From: Octopus bimaculoides
Taxonomy: Eukaryota
DNA: 38,993 bases
Direction of reading: 5' to 3'
Assembly: GCF_001194135.2 (NCBI RefSeq)
Contig: NC_068992.1
Location: forward strand, 41,358,999 to 41,397,991
The notes beneath the pieces are model-generated. The model was not told the origin of the DNA and made no database searches. It worked only from the letters and a program-made list of their open reading frames with translations. Both the position numbers and the translations under genes were made by a program. Positions 33,312 to 38,993 of this stretch are shown one piece after another (position 1 is the stretch's first letter; each line of letters begins with the position of its first letter).

Positions 33312-36295
33312 NNNNNNNNNNNNNNNNNNNNNNNNNNNNNNNNNNNNNNNNNNNNNNNNNNNNNNNNNNNNNNNNNNNNNNNNNNNNNNNNNNNNNNNNN
33401 NNNNNNNNNNNNNNNNNNNNNNNNNNNNNNNNNNNNNNNNNNNNNNNNNNNNNNNNNNNNNNNNNNNNNNNNNNNNNNNNNNNNNNNNNNNNNNNNNNNN
33501 NNNNNNNNNNNNNNNNNNNNNNNNNNNNNNNNNNNNNNNNNNNNNNNNNNNNNNNNNNNNNNNNNNNNNNNNNNNNNNNNNNNNNNNNNNNNNNNNNNNN
33601 NNNNNNNNNNNNNNNNNNNNNNNNNNNNNNNNNNNNNNNNNNNNNNNNNNNNNNNNNNNNNNNNNNNNNNNNNNNNNNNNNNNNNNNNNNNNNNNNNNNN
33701 NNNNNNNNNNNNNNNNNNNNNNNNNNNNNNNNNNNNNNNNNNNNNNNNNNNNNNNNNNNNNNNNNNNNNNNNNNNNNNNNNNNNNNNNNNNNNNNNNNNN
33801 NNNNNNNNNNNNNNNNNNNNNNNNNNNNNNNNNNNNNNNNNNNNNNNNNNNNNNNNNNNNNNNNNNNNNNNNNNNNNNNNNNNNNNNNNNNNNNNNNNNN
33901 NNNNNNNNNNNNNNNNNNNNNNNNNNNNNNNNNNNNNNNNNNNNNNNNNNNNNNNNNNNNNNNNNNNNNNNNNNNNNNNNNNNNNNNNNNNNNNNNNNNN
34001 NNNNNNNNNNNNNNNNNNNNNNNNNNNNNNNNNNNNNNNNNNNNNNNNNNNNNNNNNNNNNNNNNNNNNNNNNNNNNNNNNNNNNNNNNNNNNNNNNNNN
34101 NNNNNNNNNNNNNNNNNNNNNNNNNNNNNNNNNNNNNNNNNNNNNNNNNNNNNNNNNNNNNNNNNNNNNNNNNNNNNNNNNNNNNNNNNNNNNNNNNNNN
34201 NNNNNNNNNNNNNNNNNNNNNNNNNNNNNNNNNNNNNNNNNNNNNNNNNNNNNNNNNNNNNNNNNNNNGTTAATACTTATCAAACATATATATATTCATA
34301 TATTTGTATGTACATAAGTATATATATATTTATAAATATTTACACATATCTATACACACAGGCTCACATAAATACGCATAAACATGTAGGCGTATATGTG
34401 TGTGTGTGCGTGTGTATTTGTGTGTGTGCGTGCGTGTGTGTGTATGTATATATGACGTTCAAAATATGTTCTTTCCACAAGGTTTGCTTGAATTCGATCG
34501 GGCCAATATATTTTCAATTCGACTAAATTTCGAAGTTACTGTCAACCTTTACTAGTAAAAGTAAATTGTGTACTAAGACATCGTAGAATTAGTGTTTGAC
34601 TATTGTCATATATAACTATGTCCAACTCCTCCATTAATACATGCACACACACACTCACACACATACACATATCCATCTACATAAAACTACACACACATAT
34701 ATATATTTATGTGTGCGTGTATATATATATATATATATATTACGTATATCAGCTAAATCGGAAACCTAAACTGGATCCATGGCTCCTGTCTCAGTTACGA
34801 GTTTGGAACCCTGATAATCTGTTACAGCACTTACCTAGCGTACGTACTCGTTTAGATCACCAGTGAACAAAACCACCATATTCTATATATATATATATAT
34901 ATATATATGCATGTATATATGCATATATATATAAATATGTGTGTATGTGTGTGCGTTTATAGGATATAGTTATGTATGTACATGTGTAGGTATATACACC
35001 GGCGCAAAAACACAGAGAAACAAGCACAAACACACATACAGAGAGAGAGAGAAAGAAAGAGAGAGAGATACACACACATACACACATACACTCACACATA
35101 TGCATACGCTTGTAGGGCATGAAAAGTTTATTCACATCTATTAACTGCATTGAAAATATGTGACTACGTTTCCGTTGCTTTTGAATACGTACTTTTAAAT
35201 GCGTACTTTCTTTAAGTCCTTTAAACAGGAGAACTTTAAAAGTCAATTACTTTATTTGTTGTCAAATGGCATACTGTCATTAGTTAATTAGAGAGTATTT
35301 TCGTACTTGCCGAAGGACTTTCTATGTCAAGCATATATTTTGAAGGCTCCTTGAGATTTTGTATCGGGTTGTATGAGGCAACCTTTCTACTCAGAATGAA
35401 ATGTATATCTCAAAATAAATATACCCCAGTAATCTCACGGTTCATCTAGTCTACCAATATAGACTGGTGTTTTAAATTTCGAACCCGGAACAACGACTGG
35501 TAAAGTTCACCGAAGCGAGAGTTGAATATCAAGCATGCAAAAAGCCGGAAGAAATACGGTAAAGGATTGTATCCGAGAACCTTGCTGACTTTGTCAGTGT
35601 GTCTACGTGCATATCTATATTTCCATATATGTATATTGTTGCTATTATGCAAAAGTGTCGTAAGTCCAAAACGTTGCGTTTTCAGAAAACCATTGCATAG
35701 AAAAACCATTGTACTACACTTTGAGAATTTTTGATATCTTGGCGTCTGGAGCAGCTGGAGATACGACAGTTTCACCAAAATAACCGGCTATTGCAAGCAA
35801 AAATAAATATTGAAAAAAAGACGCATTTGGTCAAATTTGGACATGCAATTTAATATAATAGCAAATATATATACTTATATACATACATATACTTATAAAT
35901 ATATATGTATATTTATATATACATGTACACATATATGCATATCTACGTATGTGTATATATATATATGAATATCTATCTATTCATCTATCTATCTAGCTAG
36001 CTAGCTAGCTATCTATGTACATATCTAAGGATATTATTGTTTACAATAATACCAAGTGGCATAACATGTGTAAAACAATACCATGGGGTAAAATATTATT
36101 AATTAATTATTAAGGATACCACGGGTACTCATGGTATATTTTTGTGCATGCTATGCTACTTGATATTAATGTAAACAATAATATCCTGATATATATTTTT
36201 ATAATTTATTAATCACAATGATCACCTTTCTAAATTTGCCGCGGCATTAAACACGGTCATCACTCAGATTTGTTGAGATGGATAAGTTCTATAAC

Positions 36296-36376
36296 TCGTG
36301 TGGTCTGTGAGACTCGCTGATGAGAACTAAGTGGAAACTCCAGTAAGTTCGAAACCGTGACGATACGGATATGTCT
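36296..36376 (+). ncRNA. Hammerhead ribozyme with canonical core; topology ambiguous (type I or III)
   Basis: CTGATGA (36317-36323), stem II GAACT/AGTTC enclosing a TGGA/TCCA hairpin, and GAAA (36351-36354). Stems I and III are imperfect. Confidence 0.6.
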
Positions 36377-36770
36377 GGCTTTTCAATTTACGATTCTTTT
36401 TGTTATAGGTACGGGGTTTAGAATTTCTACTCATTCTCCCGACTTCAATTAATATGTATCAGCGAAAATTTGTAGTCATAGTTGTCTTTTGAGTACTATT
36501 TTGGCATGCCGGTGCTATTTGTACTATTCTTAATTATTAATATATATATATATATATACTAAATTTATAAGTATATAGATAATGCGGATTGATCATACCA
36601 ACACACTGGAAATAGATGCGTGTTGGTGTGGTCAATCCGAACCGTTTAATATAATTATCTATATAATTATAAATTTAGTCTAAAATGTTACAAACAAGAA
36701 TTTTATTTCGCGTCGGCCACTTGATAAAATCATTATAGTGGTTTTATCCTTAATTCTATATTTATGTGTA

Positions 36771-36809
<39 letters not shown>

Positions 36810-36825
36810 ATACATATATGTATAT

Positions 36826-37085
36826 CTTTTGTTTTTTACTTGTTTCAGTCATTGCACTGCGGCCATGCTAGGGCATCACCTTGAAATTTTTGTCAAAGGA
36901 ATCGACTCCTGTACCTATTTTTTACGGCCTGGTAAGGCTTCTTTCAGTTTCCGTGTACCAAATCCACCCACAAGGCTTTTGTCAGCCCGAGGTCAGAGTT
37001 GAAGACACTTGCCCAAGGTGTCAGCAGTGGGACTGAACCCGAAACCTTGTCGTTGGTAAGCAAGCTTCTTACTACACGGCCACAT
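36826..37085 (-). mobile_element. tRNA-derived SINE, family B, with internal deletion
   Basis: CTGCGGCCATGCTAGGGCA…GAAGACACTTGCCCAAGGTG…GGGACTGAACCCGAAACC. It lacks the central block present in the other two copies. Confidence 0.88.
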
Positions 37086-37945
37086 GTATACATATGCACG
37101 TATATACATATGTACAAAATCGGTGTAGATGCATATATTTATAAGTATATGTAGAAGTGCATATTCATACACACCAATGGATGTATTAACACACACATAT
37201 AAGCAAGTGAAACGAGAGCATGTCCGATGCCTATTTTTAGTTCACATGCATTACTACATGTTTCTATAATGTACACATATATTTGAGTATTTATAAAATT
37301 GCATGGAAACGTACGTAAACATTCACGTGAAAAGGTCAATGAGAGAAGGATAGACGAATAGATTGAGAGATAGATAAAAAGATAGATTGATAAAGAAACA
37401 GAAGTGAGAGACAGAAAGAGAAAGATTGGAAATGGGAGAGAAAGAGGTTGGGAGAGAGAGAGAGAGAGAGTGGAAGTGTTTTATTTGTGATATTTTTAGA
37501 TATCGACATTATGTAGTTTAGAGAGTATTAACTATATGATGAGCCCACCAAAATACAATATCTTAGATAGAAAGAAACATGGGCACGCAGCCATGACAGC
37601 GAATACCGGGGAAGACATTCCAGTGTAATGCATATATGCGTATGTACGTATATNNNNNNNNNNNNNNNNNNNNNNNNNNNNNNNNNNNNNNNNNNNNNNN
37701 NNNNNNNNNNNNNNNNNNNNNNNNNNNNNNNNNNNNNNNNNNNNNNNNNNNNNNNNNNNNNNNNNNNNNNNNNNNNNNNNNNNNNNNNNNNNNNNNNNNN
37801 NNNNNNNNNNNNNNNNNNNNNNNNNNNNNNNNNNNNNNNNNNNNNNNNNNNNNNNNNNNNNNNNNNNNNNNNNNNNNNNNNNNNNNNNNNNNNNNNNNNN
37901 NNNNNNNNNNNNNNNNNNNNNNNNNNNNNNNNNNNNNNNNNNNNN

Positions 37946-37995
<50 letters not shown>

Positions 37996-38190
37996 TATAT
38001 ATGCATATGTATATATACATATATATATATGCATATATATGTTTATGTATGTGTGTGTGAATGTATATGTATTAATATGTATATCTGTATATGTACATAT
38101 TAATACATACCCACGCGCACACGCACGCACAAACACATACACGCATATATAAGCGCGTGTGCATATGTGTGTGTGAGTGTATGCGTACTT
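37946..38190. repeat. (AT)n compound microsatellite
   Basis: Direct reading. Confidence 0.93.
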
Positions 38191-38885
38191 TGAATGCATT
38201 CCATCACAAAAGGAAGCCATGAACAAATATATGGATGACGTCAGATGTTCCCCATGCCCCACCCTAACTCACCCCACATAGATGCAAATTCACTCCTAAC
38301 ACCAATATCCACTGACATTGGACGATATATCAAATTTCCCAGCATATATTTGATATTGCACCACGTTTAATGGTATTTAGATAATTATGTTTAAGAAATG
38401 ACTCAGACGTCAATGTTATCGTGAGATTCTGATGCATAAATTTTAACTCGCCTTTCCCAATCTCGCCTTCTCTGTCGAACTTAAAAAACGTTGTCAGCCT
38501 ATAAAGAGAATATGTAATCTAAAAGAGGCGATAGTTTTTCACATTGGTCAGTTAAATAAAGGAAACGTCGTCTTCGATTTCACGTTTGGATCGATAATTT
38601 CCGTTTTAATAATAATTATAAAGGGTGTTTGAGCGCGTGATCACCGGACCGAGTTTCAGTCACCCTGCTAACTCACGCTTTAAAACTATTGTTGAATGTA
38701 AATGAAAGAATTTGCATGTTTGAAGCAAGGAAGCTGAAATGATCTTTGATAGAAATAAACATTAAATAGACCAATAATAATAGATAGATAGATTTGACAC
38801 ACTTTTGACCTTAAAAGACTGTATATCTTTGATTAACAATTTTGAAAAGAAAAACAATAGAAATTATTTAAAGTCAATGTCATTA

Positions 38886-38993
38886 TAGTAAGTTGGAATT
38901 TTAAAAAAAATGAAATAAATAAATAAATAAACAAAACGAAAGACGAAGACGGGTGTGTAAACAAGAAACAGATGTATTAGTTTAACGCTCGGG
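38886..38993 (-). mobile_element. Second copy of the 26280 repeat, cut by the window edge
   Basis: Aligns with 26280-26362. The HHR-like part would lie just beyond the window. Confidence 0.7.

Noticed and set aside
35446-35778. 110-aa minus-strand ORF
   Set aside because: No recognisable domain or splice signals, and it crosses an AT-repeat patch.
221-38262. Most ORFs in the supplied track (YIYI, HTHT, CVCV, poly-I/L/Y, X-runs)
   Set aside because: They are translations of microsatellites or N-gaps, not genes.

Overview
Eukaryotic, AT-rich, non-genic-looking DNA from a short-read draft assembly: 14 N-gaps, about 6.8 kb (17%), most abutting microsatellites. The repeat content (tRNA-derived SINEs, R4/Dong LINEs in (TAA)n, dense di-/tri-/tetranucleotide repeats) suggests an octopod cephalopod, probably Octopus; this is recognition, not a database result. 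No intact protein-coding gene is supported, and most ORF-track entries are microsatellite or N artefacts. Supported features: two DD41D Tc1/mariner relics (one with an internal micro-inversion), a same-strand cluster of R4/Dong fragments in TAA arrays, about ten SINE copies from three families, three MITEs, a mariner-like TIR running into a gap, minisatellites and one possible orphan exon. The main find is a set of hammerhead-ribozyme (HHR) motifs at five loci with unrelated stem sequences (5.2, 22.4, 23.5, 26.4 and 36.3 kb). Most are minimal type I with palindromic stem III, two sit in Penelope-style inverted repeats, and two unrelated ones share a non-canonical CCGAUGA core. All folds were built by hand and activity is untested.
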